Part shown: positions 63,101-64,000 of the stretch, piece by piece
How the letters are laid out: each line of letters starts with the position of its first letter
How positions within the stretch are numbered: position 1 is the stretch's first letter
NCBI GenBank assembly: GCA_964400145.1
Contig: CAYNTF010000005.1
Location: forward strand, 2,176 to 66,175
Reading direction: 5' to 3'
Source: an uncultured Lachnospiraceae bacterium
GTDB lineage: Bacteria; Bacillota; Clostridia; Christensenellales; UBA1242
DNA length: 64,000 nucleotides
The notes under the pieces: model-generated
Told to the model about the DNA's origin: nothing
Databases searched by the model: none
The model's input: only the letters and a program-made list of their open reading frames with translations
Program-made: the position numbers and the translations under genes

Positions 63101-64000
63101 TGTATGTTCCGCTGTTTGGATTGATTGTCAATGTGTATGAATTTGCCGTCCAAACTGCTGTGAGAGTGACATTTCCATACATGCTGTTAGCAGAAATTGT
63201 TGCGCCAGCATCGTATGTGTTTCCAACCGTCCAATTTCCGTCTGTTGATGTCACTTGCCATTTGAGAGAATAACCTGTTCTGGTGACCTGAGTTCCACTA
63301 TAAAGAGTTGTTGAACTTGTGTATGTGTATGACTGAGTTGAACTTACGCCACTTGCGAAATTTCCACCATTTGTGTTGTATGTGATTGTGTATGAATTCA
63401 AAGACCAAGACGCTGTGAATTCCGCTGAACCGTTATAAACCCAATTTCCATTTGTGTCGGTGTAACTTCCGACATTCGCTTGAAGAGTTCCACCTGTGCT
63501 GACAATCGTTGTGTTTGTGCCACCGACAGGAATTGTGTAGCCGTTGAAAGAGTATCCAACACGCGAGAAGAGCGATGTCAGTTGTGTTGCCGTCATCTGG
63601 GTGTAGGTGCTCCCAGATTGTGTATAGAATTGATTTGAGTCATAAAGCACATAAACTGTTGTGCTGCTGCCTGAATATCCGTCATAGACGGTGATTTCAA
63701 AATAGTTTGCAGTCCACTGTGCGTAAAGCGTTGTGGCGCTTGCTCTCACCCATTGTCCTGATGAGTTTGTGTATCCACTCACGCTTGCCACAAGAGAGCC
63801 AGAAGTGTTGATGACAAGTGTTCCACCTGTTTGCGCCGTATACCAACCATTGAAGGTATAGCCTGAGCGCTGTGGGTTTGTGATTGAGAACGATGTTGTC
63901 GAATCAAAAGTTGCCGTCACACTTGTTGTTCCCGTTGTTGTGGCGTTTGTTTGATTGAGTGTGATTGTGATTGGATTTGCCGACCATTGTGCATAAATCA
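33105..64000 (-). CDS. Giant (>10,297 aa) cell-surface repeat protein. It has Listeria-Bacteroides/InlB B-repeat units, MucBP-like plus divergent-B-repeat pairs and a C-terminal TM anchor. The 5' end lies beyond the window.
   Basis: A single open frame runs from 64000 to the TAG at 33105-33107. By eye I count about 50 repeat ends of the form (R/K)(T/E)GY.F.GW....G.......TLYA.W..N.Y.(I/V)T, and about 25 modules ending ..YY.R..Y.LT. The 'start' at 63920 is an internal GTG; the 26 codons upstream read IYAQWSANPITITLNQTNATTTGTTS. Confidence 0.9.
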   Translation of the reverse strand, partial: IYAQWSANPITITLNQTNATTTGTTSVTATFDSTTSFSITNPQRSGYTFNGWYTAQTGGTLVINTSGSLVASVSGYTNSSGQWVRASATTLYAQWTANYFEITVYDGYSGSSTTVYVLYDSNQFYTQSGSTYTQMTATQLTSLFSRVGYSFNGYTIPVGGTNTTIVSTGGTLQANVGSYTDTNGNWVYNGSAEFTASWSLNSYTITYNTNGGNFASGVSSTQSYTYTSSTTLYSGTQVTRTGYSLKWQVTSTDGNWTVGNTYDAGATISANSMYGNVTLTAVWTANSYTLTINPNSGTYNGTTSTTEVTQDYGTTYTLATPTREGYSFAGWTLSGSGSLSGTTFTFGAGDAVLTAQWTAETSNFNYIIGTGVASLTISIDGSSTTYTTSGNVAVDYDSEIVVTATAKTGYKFETTDLFKMGTSSSSLTTTGGTISSDGASISYSFTYKYESGYYLSISATAQNVGYTIYTYTQTTDGYTINTTRSVDGITDTTITLGDVLDIIGSINGYAFDHGTYYITSGSTTSFNNENDSVTIDGSGNLVINLYYNYVDYKITYDLGNEEYWVNLGQSTGDYEQEFTILESFTLLSADSIRKFGYTLTSWTVSVSAGNWSGTYSAGASLSNMWGNVTLTAVWEANKYNIEYDMNEGNETSDLTPTGYTYTESDSPNLNLPTTSTATLTRTGYTFAGWKETFVWGENDYFTGFINADTGMYAIRSEYTSAVYLTPITLRSGVTYTASGIDSSNFRWRVFALDGSYIGSVTAISYTPSQDVVVYILLPWGASASVRTNFTITASDTVTSVSQESLGNRIYVAQWDAERYTVTFDSNTTDSTTISPETIYVYYDSAYGTLATAIRTGYVFEGWYLESSCTTKVTADTIVSTVGNHRLYANWTENSYTITFAGNGATSGSMTDLTVEYTESISSPTNGFTRTGFTFVGWSLSADSTTITFPTSISALGLSSSELTNGNTITFYAIWEAEYVSVTLDLNVDFGSSNVSFNSTTYTSSSTNPVWYVKYGDTTSPSSYATIGANKGDNTGLLSPTRDGYTFAGWWTADGSTSGEWGTQVTNSSTILSASAHTLYARWTANSYTITFNNNSGNTGAGTINAVYDTYYTLPTATSAGSATSFTNFTRTGYTLIGWSTQQNGAVSYSLGVSYRNLSTGANVTLYAVWEANTYTVTLDGNDGTIVSLSAGSNLTASENTLTATYDLSGTFTTTVTRTGYTFIGWSTSETGLVSGVGISNGTITSSGSNYTSTTTISNLITSGSTTLYAVWQANEDTVFTVHFMGQTLSAAISGSTSFTYASQGNYSELGNATGTGSSDETLTSSDLETYLSRTFTGYTVLSTYSTIVTNTGSLKISPDGSLNIYILFTRNSNTVTINIGTGIDTVTATSGSRSSLSISTSGSVATISGIYYGESITVSATVLAGYTNATFSIVSGISSMSNNTFSMPNNAVTLSVSASTTEVTYTYKIYIMDTNGAYSSTPSQTITMQAEIGSRVVGVEPVTVGEGFEYASGDLGETKTITAEYVDGVAVGTTVFELYYERLQYELTIDPSGGSYNNSTGETVVKGYYQSTVTVSNPTGRTAYTFSYWTLTGSGSLSGTTFTFGADDAVLTAQWTANNYTIEYDTDGGTLASGSLTSYTTESTGTLLGANKEGYTFGGWTASAVDNGEYNWGTATYQSGKSLTGMYGNVKLTAIWTAISYTLTIDPNGGTYNGTTSTTDVTQDYGTTYNLETPTREGYTFIGWTLTGAGSLSDSGANSTSGFTSSSTSLTNGGSGLVYTNYYFTRTSGTSSTWYNIRYPVYEYEVGETYTITFLIRLNVADNVGSLNLRHSVISNDYGTTGRVAQSFSASNVGAGWVLITMTRTITSDTYTQSSTSSSTNPRLEIYTADLASDTTVTQTMDFDVAAVMIVDSEGNVVYSSMYYTFGAGNATLTAQWQKNVYEVTLDSNEGDSTTSATVSNNGVAYIAYSEMTFYTSRTSADYPNSVSGSTVAPTANMSGYTFDGWWTKDGTDGDYGVQVITNGGVLIAGVSGYTDSNGGWIYAGDVTLYAKWSADQVLVTFDVNITDSSAVTTMESKYVTFNGTYGTLATATRTGYSFAGWWTKDGTNGDWGTQVTSTTEVTNFENHTLYAQWTANTYTVNLDSKYYSSTTDTTGSAVTSSGTTVIKVVFDTNWTNESGTTISSITSPTYQGYTFQGYYTGKIGSGTQIIDADGDIVASTSYFSNANTTNGAVTLYAYWTANANTAYKVNYYIQDLGATTYTLHSSSTLYGTTDSTVTAPLITITGFTAPSEQTVTITGDGNATVNYYYTRNSYTLTLTAGTGVSSVTASGTGVSGGSGTYSVQYGATVSLSVSTLAGYTFSSGWTVVSGGVTVSNNSYTHNVISSVTIRADAVANTNTAYTIVHKFQAIDGTYVEATSSEISEYNLTTSDTGTTNETVSDAKLESYKATRTGFTYLQYSTTTSSSSTETIGGSLVIAGDGSLVIYIYYERNTNTLQLNQDDGIDSVSAEIVTGVTQGDNSSTYNVKYGVSVTITATVKNGYTFAGFTSSASSFSVSAEDCRVSGSTYSYTFTMPDYAISFTATTTAESYRVTFDGNVGNAVDESIVISESSISVTYMARYGTLPTATRTGYTLEGWYLDSSCTTKVTADTIVTTVGDHTLYAKWTEHTYTIEFDGNGNTNTSVEMSSMTGIKYTDEVTLTTNAYVKTGYSFLGWNTNPNATSAIYNDKQEVSKLTAVNGGTVTLYAIWSVNSYALNFTIDSTQISSISINGTSYTASGSVNIEYGASVTISVTGATGYVIEAINGGTTANPTTAVSASITNAGVDYSATYTFTFNYVASAVGGTAYYLVVSSREVAYTIKFNNNTGSGTMSDLAMTYHTAKALTTNTFTKVGYVFSGWATTSGGSVLYTDGATVTAGSTATSSTIAVTADGDEVTLYAVWTENRYYIDINLMDPNGTQVASEAGTFDVVDENGTVYTNRSNEGSFSRVYYGNSFTIFNIQPATGMKLSSVSLSGMGTLTQTTYEYNGQTYNAWTYTATGFSSEPTSTYAGYIYISMSWESYEITLDANGGQFSGGSNKTSVEATYNTTTSLTIETPKLDGYTFAGWYTEESGGTLVIDTTGAFVASVSGYTNSSGQWARAQATTLYAQWTADVFTIILDVNEGTLSSGTDVQVYVVMDSNKIYSTNTNGVASGEINPTAVRVGYAFLGWYLGDTQIISASGALVANVSGYTDSNGNWIYAGGVTVSAKWEANPYTITFNNNGGTGSIDPMNVVYDGYVTLISNSDGSISRTGYTFLGWSENQSATTATYSDGASFTYNKTYNMTLYAVWSENTYKLNLDANDSNYQGTAEIISGKSTTQSLKYESQKADLSSVYTREGYEFAGWATSANGDVVYQATSTPTIADLWDYVDGDTVTLYAIWTATEVQVTVRYWINNYAINDGGTFQVQKTINTTALTDSAVSISVSQNVATINGVEYSLDVSTYGFVYDSSLTVSNNTVDGEFIVLADGNLIIDLYSLRQTFELTILTSDKGVDSVSVTTSYPSTSSDNVYTIYYNSAIYIYYEISAGYTFEKIEIVDEGNYTYWDQSQASGDRWYNMPDSDITIRIVATPNTDTAYTVYHYQENLAGGYDLVLTEELTGTTDTPATATVRTYENYHYNSELSTISGNINGDGSLKLYVYYTLDTYTLTLVGDEHLGSVSASGAGVSESGDSTYTVKVTAEVALTYTGLETGYGFEGWTVAWTGSSSATLPTISDNKFKMPAGNLTVTAVIVANKYTITYYGNNGTLSDGTSSGLTSITVSISFAESTTILNGSGIASRTGYTFSSWNTQADGNGTTYTSGQEYTQSTTTNLTLYAQWTANTYDVIYDANGGSGTTYTDTDGATFDSTYTVLDNTTADGMGWTRTGYTFIGWSTQAGATSAEYTAGVGINFTTAEDLTLYAVWEQNSYTIVYDWNSETSTNGNSLYGTASGSTPSTEATYDENVTLASNDFTLTGYKFLGWSTKKNATEAEYAAGQTLTTPNFTSESNGTYTLYAVWEANTYDIKVYAQNNETVIQTLKLTYGASYENKQVITDLSLYEITGYELIGFYGRSENANSIHIDSGGYGVANSPLFNANMIFINHTGGSVVATYSAKEYTVYFNTETTKPEVGTVTISAEKTTVRYGYEFGESVWPTPALAGYYFAGWSTSNSYRALALTTYLSMEGALTESEIGSEYIFVRGGQQDEDDTWTTEPTKYVYVTVELVEGVAVPTINLVEVETVEATFISGDDILTSDASYFEEMDETGSLTVYATWIGRNDITYTVYYLIEDISTDEDENDFAYPSEGNSYPTNVSKVGDKINYTGEDGVERTYTVYRVEVNSNALIADQVENYINKYEFEGFTYAYYEYQSDIIQASPGGETTTDESTGENVTLGITLIYAFYTRNSYTMTLTASTGVNSVSASGTGVELVSGTTYSVKYGATVTLTATPKAGYTFDNWVFDSNYNVFTLSDEGNSFTMGEANLGVYLTATASANIDTKYTVMYYLEELDGSFTYESTVSSDETKGTTDTNVSILTYTSKEYEGFRYSYYTATSTTNGSSEVTNGDLNIDGDGSLVIKIYYVRETYTLTLVAGTGVSSITASAETGLTSDGNGVYTVKYGATVTLSAMAKDGYTINSVSDWTWSTEVTVSGSAFGMPAGNLVVTATATANTNTKYTVNYYVQQVDGNFVHASEFDEYDITDPSGSRTGTTDTLAPISTYNAITFEGMRYSYYTVTSTTNGSTPVTSGNLNIDGDESLVINLYYVRETYTLTINISTGVASATAETGTGITQTVVGDDGQTSNVYEVMYNVKVVIEYTLTSAGYEFAGWRIDSGLASGDITQVGSTEQYSFNMPSDEVTLTATADPREFEITFDGNGSTSGTMEKVTVTYLNSLTLPENEFVRDGYVFRGWAISQENANAGNVDYEDEYSFEQYNLTYGLTLYAVWAQNSYSIIYNSNGGNGVMPRTEAYYDTPKALTEVDFDRTGYTFIGWSTQEGATTSNAIEVSDLGSCSSIEEYIKGVGTAGIYLYNGTYYAYNLATGAEGYETCTIFAVWSENTYKLNLDANDDNYQGTAVVVSQELVSQSLKYESENAVLSGVYTREGYEFAGWATSATGSVVYQATSTPTIADLWNYVDSTDTVTLYAIWTAVEVKFTVNIYQQNIGAGSEYNTTNYTLYTDSTKTAYTGSTITISTLIESFTGFEYNGYTTNGTDNSTLVINTGDLVINLWYTRNTYQLTVVATTYDNGIDTVSGSDSYQYGQLVTITATINAGYSFAGFTSSNTAIMGDITASECQGSEGVYSYTFSMPAGELTLAAYTTKNSDTKFNIVYLFETLDDTFVEDSTLSSDFATTGEGETESYISLEMIQTANGGSIPTVTGFEYAGFGVLQSDNTFSSVQIKGDGTSTVYVYYSRIEYTLTINYYNQTTGTTIYTSYIETLEHGESYSVTSPTITAYELVNGAQATISGVINGDNVTITVYYKATTYDITYNTKTDETITSTGHSTTYTIEGSITLATVEREGYTFSGWKVTSSNGSFVVDTVYTTTISAGMYGDVTFEAQWVANTDTIYYVYIYQMDTTGSYGTYTTYYTRTDGTTGEELTITTTETSVTINGVTYSFDGFSFDSETSNLETYTVSANGNTRVDLYFSRNQYELTIQKQEGISSVEIDEEEYTSTITLYYGESFTIEAIVAEGYSWNNYTVSGVTPTGFVLTNNSLQTVTMGLGDVTITANATINPCTLTIELNGGTYEQQTGSVTVTQNYKTTYTLATPTKEGYTFAGWSISSSAYGTITQSNGSDGSITYTYTFGAGNDIITALWTANRYKVTLNLNDVTAGNGTTAVESITIGDVSLTITNGTIELYVQYAGTYATMYTSRTGDEYISLADLTASTVQRDGYTFEGFYTSQIMLNGGITGSQVLASTSFATAEDSTIIFAYWTYGQVEYKVYHYTANVGEYGDTSSGNWTLVTTYNDETLSTTYYALADSQITPEVLSLTGFVAPTTQTVIISADGTTVVRYYYTRAEHTLTLEMGVGIESASASGTGVTDITEDDVENKVYLVQYGAQVTLTSTAEEGYVTAGFSGVDGNPFEMPNNALNVTALATALRYKVTLNLNDDTTDPATLRTIEVYAVYGGTYAQLYLSSTATDSFTLSSLVPTRDGYTFAGWYTTQITADGLTNEVEVTDLTSFLTANDNTVIYAYWTIDSFLLTIKYQYADGSEAYESVSQEFKYNASYSFTSPTITGYTASQTTVSGTMPKQAVTVEVTYTAITYNITYERNEGTITSTGHSTTYTIEGSITLATVEREGYTFSGWKVTSSNGSFVVDTVYTTTISAGMYGDVTFEAQWVANTDTIYYVYIYQMDTTGSYGTYTTYYTRTDGTTGEELTITTTETSVTINGVTYSFDGFSFDSETSNLETYTVSANGNTRVDLYFSRNQYELTIQKQEGISSVEIDEEEYTSTITLYYGESFTIEAIVAEGYSWNNYTVSGVTPTGFVLTNNSLQTVTMGLGDVTITANATINPCTLTIELNGGTYEQQTGSVTVTQNYKTTYTLATPTKEGYTFAGWSISSSAYGTITQSNGSDGSITYTYTFGAGNDTITALWTANRYELVLNLNDVNFSNGSTTATAKVGSDDLTATDGVITLYATYGEDYSKLYISQVIGENDAYFSLSDIVLSRDGYVFVKWIDEDGNEVTDENLCSSLSGQTIYAVWGTASYKLTITSNIDHVSVVVDGKTANADGTYNVEYDELLNLTATTDTGYHFVSWTISEAVIGQNETLSYKYQTEGDLTITVNIEANEYTINYDGNDGDASIPSLTAEYDSVIEISDGSDFVRIGYEFAGWGLTKSASSVIVIDDLGSLTIEEYIKGEGAGIYLYDGKYYAYNLATGEENDDSCTIYAIWSEISYTVRFETNGGSTIESVEATYNTALEITKTPTLAGYEFLGWATTNGTSSNATEIDSLTSGSDTYTTVSEYLVATGANGGIYLYNGIYYVFNLTTQSGVEVPIYAIWNVGEATYKVEYYLETLNGTFVLDTEITDVELTTHTDIITSTTGANVTIEQVSYEGFEVDLTNENNILQGVVQGDGSLTLKLYYTRKIYTVTFTIPTGVATTSGQDSYKYNQVVTISATMEDGYTFESFSIGDYTYVNGYTFNITSDMVFTINVTAQSRDYVIKFWYESLTGGYDEDEDAQATGSATVGSTVGRSDILTEIENATLEGFRFESADSIVISATESENVINVYFERIEYTLTLQTTTGVESLTATSGYVGNPTTSENTITYTVKYGATVVLEYKIENGYAFGSWSSDIVKAEGDVYSFTMPADNVEIYIVATAQLVNFTIKYYIEDITADSEEFNADDYTYLGEGYDETRQASTGSVIETVEDLNLRTIEGFTYLTFVASGNVTADGSTVLSVYFKRNTIEVSVSMTEGVASVSVSASNYSLDQTFTSSETFSVKFGGIVSFTYTLNMVEGETGYTFVNWVVDETNYYDSYTLTAGTSNVSVQAVAEGKGYEIVFHENGVYSEDETELTTTQNATYNNPETLNSNSFERTGYIFLGWATSKDGGVVYDNNDTFIISSEDKYQSTVDLYAVWQAITYTITYDANGGSLISGAQEPASVTLTYDSTVQLLIDGSKYFELAGYSFSGWTAQGFAGVIEVTDDNLGSSTIEEYIKSVGIAGIYLYNGSYYAYNLSYIDDDEVTLYASWGDNTYKITYNSNYTMDNTTDADDKTYSVSYSYSEILSILNYSDAGFALTGYSFAGWLSDDSRTFNADDSVSKLIESGEIVLYAQWTANPYTIIYDANDANLIGSASGETPSTSATYDGSVTLESNGFTLNGYVFVGWTTEKNGTTVGSVGGVSMTAGATLTAPNFTSELNGTCTLYAVWELDTYTITYSNATNLTTKDYNIESTDTLDVPTMEGYTFVSWTVTSASGNWELGTVLTYVETNDGYFFVIGEYSESNNTPFTLEGMYGDVELRANYDTNSYTLIVEYYYEGEENPFNKITYYYSYGEEYSITSPEITGYTPDYSGFYGTWDYTEQDEYVWKVTYTPNTYTITFDANASIGTGTASVDFDTAIVTYNSTYALAVNGQGEIVGLPTAERTGYIFAGWWTDPEGGVQITESDTVLITEGTILYAHWEKSTSNFILRFEFEELDLNADNEAVYSSLEGYSDITLSGTTDEYLTENAVLEALKKISGYENLTTMPTVDGFSYQEIQLATVTADGNAVVILRYAREYYTLTLNASEGASLSVETDSFYVRTSGNNYSVRYGATVALTYSANNGYELGSFTVTPENVQITEDTFTMPAEAVTITLSASAKTYTITFHGNGGTYDNSDSYTQETNPTYLETVKLDSAKFTREGYKFQGWATSQEDADDGIVTYIDGADFVLRTYQENVDLYAVWTANGYNLIISADVGTDTSGLVIMVNNSVVTYATLITVNYGDTVTINASSALVAGYNFKAITVTGAENTGSGSECTFTVVGDVTVQIETEAGEAKFYVEYYLQGFTSSEYTLYEENGTSKFVFTGTTDTIVTQAYLQSIEAYKEFEGFGFSDLTDGLGNSNSVIRYSENEAGYTVISVYYSRLHYEFVLDTDVKGLYSLTAEAIEGGMESVSGTYRAYYESILKITIQLQSGYEFGGWKVTVGGDTETLTVEQSSEGVYDFTFFTLTLNADGTYTLSKMPAASVTITPIINPIKYTITYYYNVDGSDLEYSETFNYGEAYVIRYITNTEFSWSRDKYDFVGWALTKENADAGEVEYTFADENDISGDAYPFTYGLTLYAVWVSNIVYVNYTVEYYFETATGEFENTRTENGSAEQDESLTIEAGSVENYVLDTNSSILTIEQMEEGSVFKVYYTRAYFTLTVNYDQGLQEISVSALDEWKGTGEDDRISITSNGEGTLVAKVKFGVRFEVVFVEYTEGYCDATVVGYADNIITMTTADMTLNVTTSTETYTITFVGEGGTFGSSDSYTQEVQYLGTVTLIANRFSYAGYEFSHWVDASGKTYSDGDEFTLSTPSNVTLTAVWTPSTGTSYRIYYYTIDINGEEHLMGSAVLSGTTGETITQTNAETGLIQIDGMEGYEFGYFEEDATILADGSGEAVVYYTLKSYNVTIALEGEFEAHGVASVTITYTSTDGQKTYTYSETNNSFKVQYTSTLTITFALEDHFTFESITITGGSADVVLSESPYTYTLSSTNDITVTIKTLMERLTLTYIRNLNLENGDSERQTREIAYGTDYVIDFEFSSIGRTFLGWATSKEDADAEEPVIAYRFGDTISNVTENISLYGVWKENEYTIYYSGNGAEGEITSTEGIYDEVIELASADGFKFTGFKFVGWGLTELASSVTVIDDLGAYSTIEEYIKGEGAGIYLYDGKYYAYNLATDDDVIVPIYAIWEEITYEIVLSSSEENGQIYKLEGTFKYNQTVTIPAFTDENLNWEYAGHYFYGWYYYDDNGNKIDLILTSETATLELSKLTAIDGNTVTLYVNWGLGQISFTVNIIMQNLDGTYEDAQSKTITDENFIYGYGQSVSASTIYNSFIKDTDYETAIVGFEYDSGNENNASPVTIGDDTVINIYFARKTYDLTIYKSESVASFTVTTTNGVVEASEDNDEFNIYKILYEDTVTLTIVAAQGYENAIFTVTSGDVELTDNEFTMIAGEVTLTTSASESDDTPYTIIVHFQNVDLSGYTKDKEIQMTGTTNSEITSEDVIAAIKANVDISGFNATPQITGSTTIASDGSSVVNAYFTRNSYSLDFSTEHDGIDSVTVDSSYRYDDEVTITIVVKPGYSLDKDGIDLTFVTDDDDEETKDIDFEFSSTTRADGTIEITIVFDMPAGNVTLTLEPEEVEVKVTIEYAIMHVTDGVTTVVSVEYSAYTNTEFTKEQIYSIFVENISDILDEEELKSLYGYKYSYNSGDITVSGDGSTTIVIYYEPVTVNVTVTFEGLEVISVSGAGEYSFGETVTLTANLQAGYKFAYWEIDGERYYNEELQFVIEGIETYEVKLITEAEEVTYTVIYYGEDPDANRFIELDRNDGSGTTGSLINIYEWIQREFEGYEYDNDDYDYENGITINGDGTTVISIYYTLMSVTFTVTLTDGVSSVIVEGVNSSINLEMVGEYDEDTKTYTYKTVYSKQIKLTVITESGYIFDGWLLDDSTITLPNSSSDSGYVFMAYSTDFALTAKVTQSTSYIYYSPNIDGAWISQVVDYGTYVTLRINTFTNGNMTFVGWATSEDGEVVYTDGETIYVDFGSLILYAVWEAPKASLWWLWLLLILLLLLILIIIIILIVRRKQDEKRKYMSKQ
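33150..33221 (-). other. C-terminal transmembrane anchor of the giant protein, followed by a basic tail
   Basis: ...YAVWEAPKAS-LWWLWLLLILLLLLILIIIIILIV-RRKQDEKRKYMSKQ*. No LPXTG-like motif precedes it. Confidence 0.8.
44141..45117 (-). repeat. Intragenic direct repeat, copy A (977 bp)
   Basis: It matches 46484-47460 with 2 mismatches that I can see (44170 G vs A, 45105 C vs T). 44171-45104 is identical. Confidence 0.9.
46484..47460 (-). repeat. Intragenic direct repeat, copy B (977 bp)
   Basis: The offset is exactly 2,343 bp (781 codons, in frame). The ORF track shows identical antisense and out-of-frame ORFs at 44224/46567, 44719/47062 and 44804/47147. Confidence 0.9.

Noticed and set aside
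33105-63920. Dozens of 60-155-aa ORFs on the + strand and in other minus frames inside the giant gene (for example 42786-43253, 34435-34689, 44224-44520)
   Set aside because: They lie entirely within one 30.9-kb frame that has a clear repeat-protein translation. Their products are low-complexity (Cys/Val/Phe/Ser-rich). Antisense openness is expected from the ACN/GTN/TAT/GGN codon bias. The identical pairs simply mirror the 977-bp duplication.
63918-63920. The ORF-track start codon of the 10,271-aa ORF
   Set aside because: It is an internal GTG (Val). The frame stays open for the remaining 26 codons to the window edge and encodes another repeat end, so the real start is outside the window.
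1-64000. Alternative genetic code (TGA as Trp, as in Mollicutes-like low-GC lineages)
   Set aside because: The roughly 50 conserved repeat Trp positions are all TGG. TGA cleanly terminates dnaX and comEC at family-appropriate lengths. Long ORFs do not require TGA read-through.
1-64000. tRNA, rRNA, CRISPR, integrase/transposase, toxin-antitoxin or defence-system genes
   Set aside because: I found no cloverleaf-like or rRNA-like segments in the intergenic regions, no short regular repeat-spacer arrays and no ORFs with recombinase or nuclease signatures. I cannot exclude small ncRNAs without covariance-model searches.

Overview
This is a chromosomal segment from a low-GC, Clostridia-like Bacillota bacterium. 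Evidence for that placement: yabP-yabQ, comEC-holA, dnaX-ybaB-recR and pgk-tpiA synteny. The genetic code is standard: Trp is TGG and TGA terminates dnaX and comEC. About two thirds of the window is taken by two co-oriented minus-strand giant surface-protein genes. (1) One uninterrupted ORF runs from the right edge (64000) to a TAG at 33105. It holds at least 10,297 codons in view and its 5' end lies outside the window. It is built from about 50 Listeria-Bacteroides (InlB B-repeat) units and about 25 MucBP-like plus divergent-B-repeat pairs, and it ends in a single C-terminal transmembrane helix with no LPXTG. (2) A 3,483-codon lipoprotein gene (28104-17653) has a Big_2-like N-terminus, a long Fn3-like array and a C-terminal GLUG-type beta-helix. 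A small doubly anchored lipoprotein gene follows it. The rest is core housekeeping: a partial ftsA-like gene, a minimal sufCB pair, a MerR-controlled three-gene cassette, a DAG-kinase-family lipid kinase, DUF805, recR, ybaB, dnaX, tpiA, pgk, dus, holA, comEC, an RluA-family synthase, yabP/yabQ, tmk and an oxidoreductase. Secondary observations: dnaX is split at an A9 slippery run; four or more genes have promoter -10 boxes 6-7 nt from the ATG with no Shine-Dalgarno, suggesting leaderless mRNAs; a textbook MerR-type 19-bp-spacer promoter; a 977-bp near-identical in-frame duplication inside the giant gene; and two foreign domains nested inside individual repeats. I saw no tRNA, rRNA, CRISPR array or recognisable mobile element. 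All domain names come from motif recognition by eye, not from database searches.
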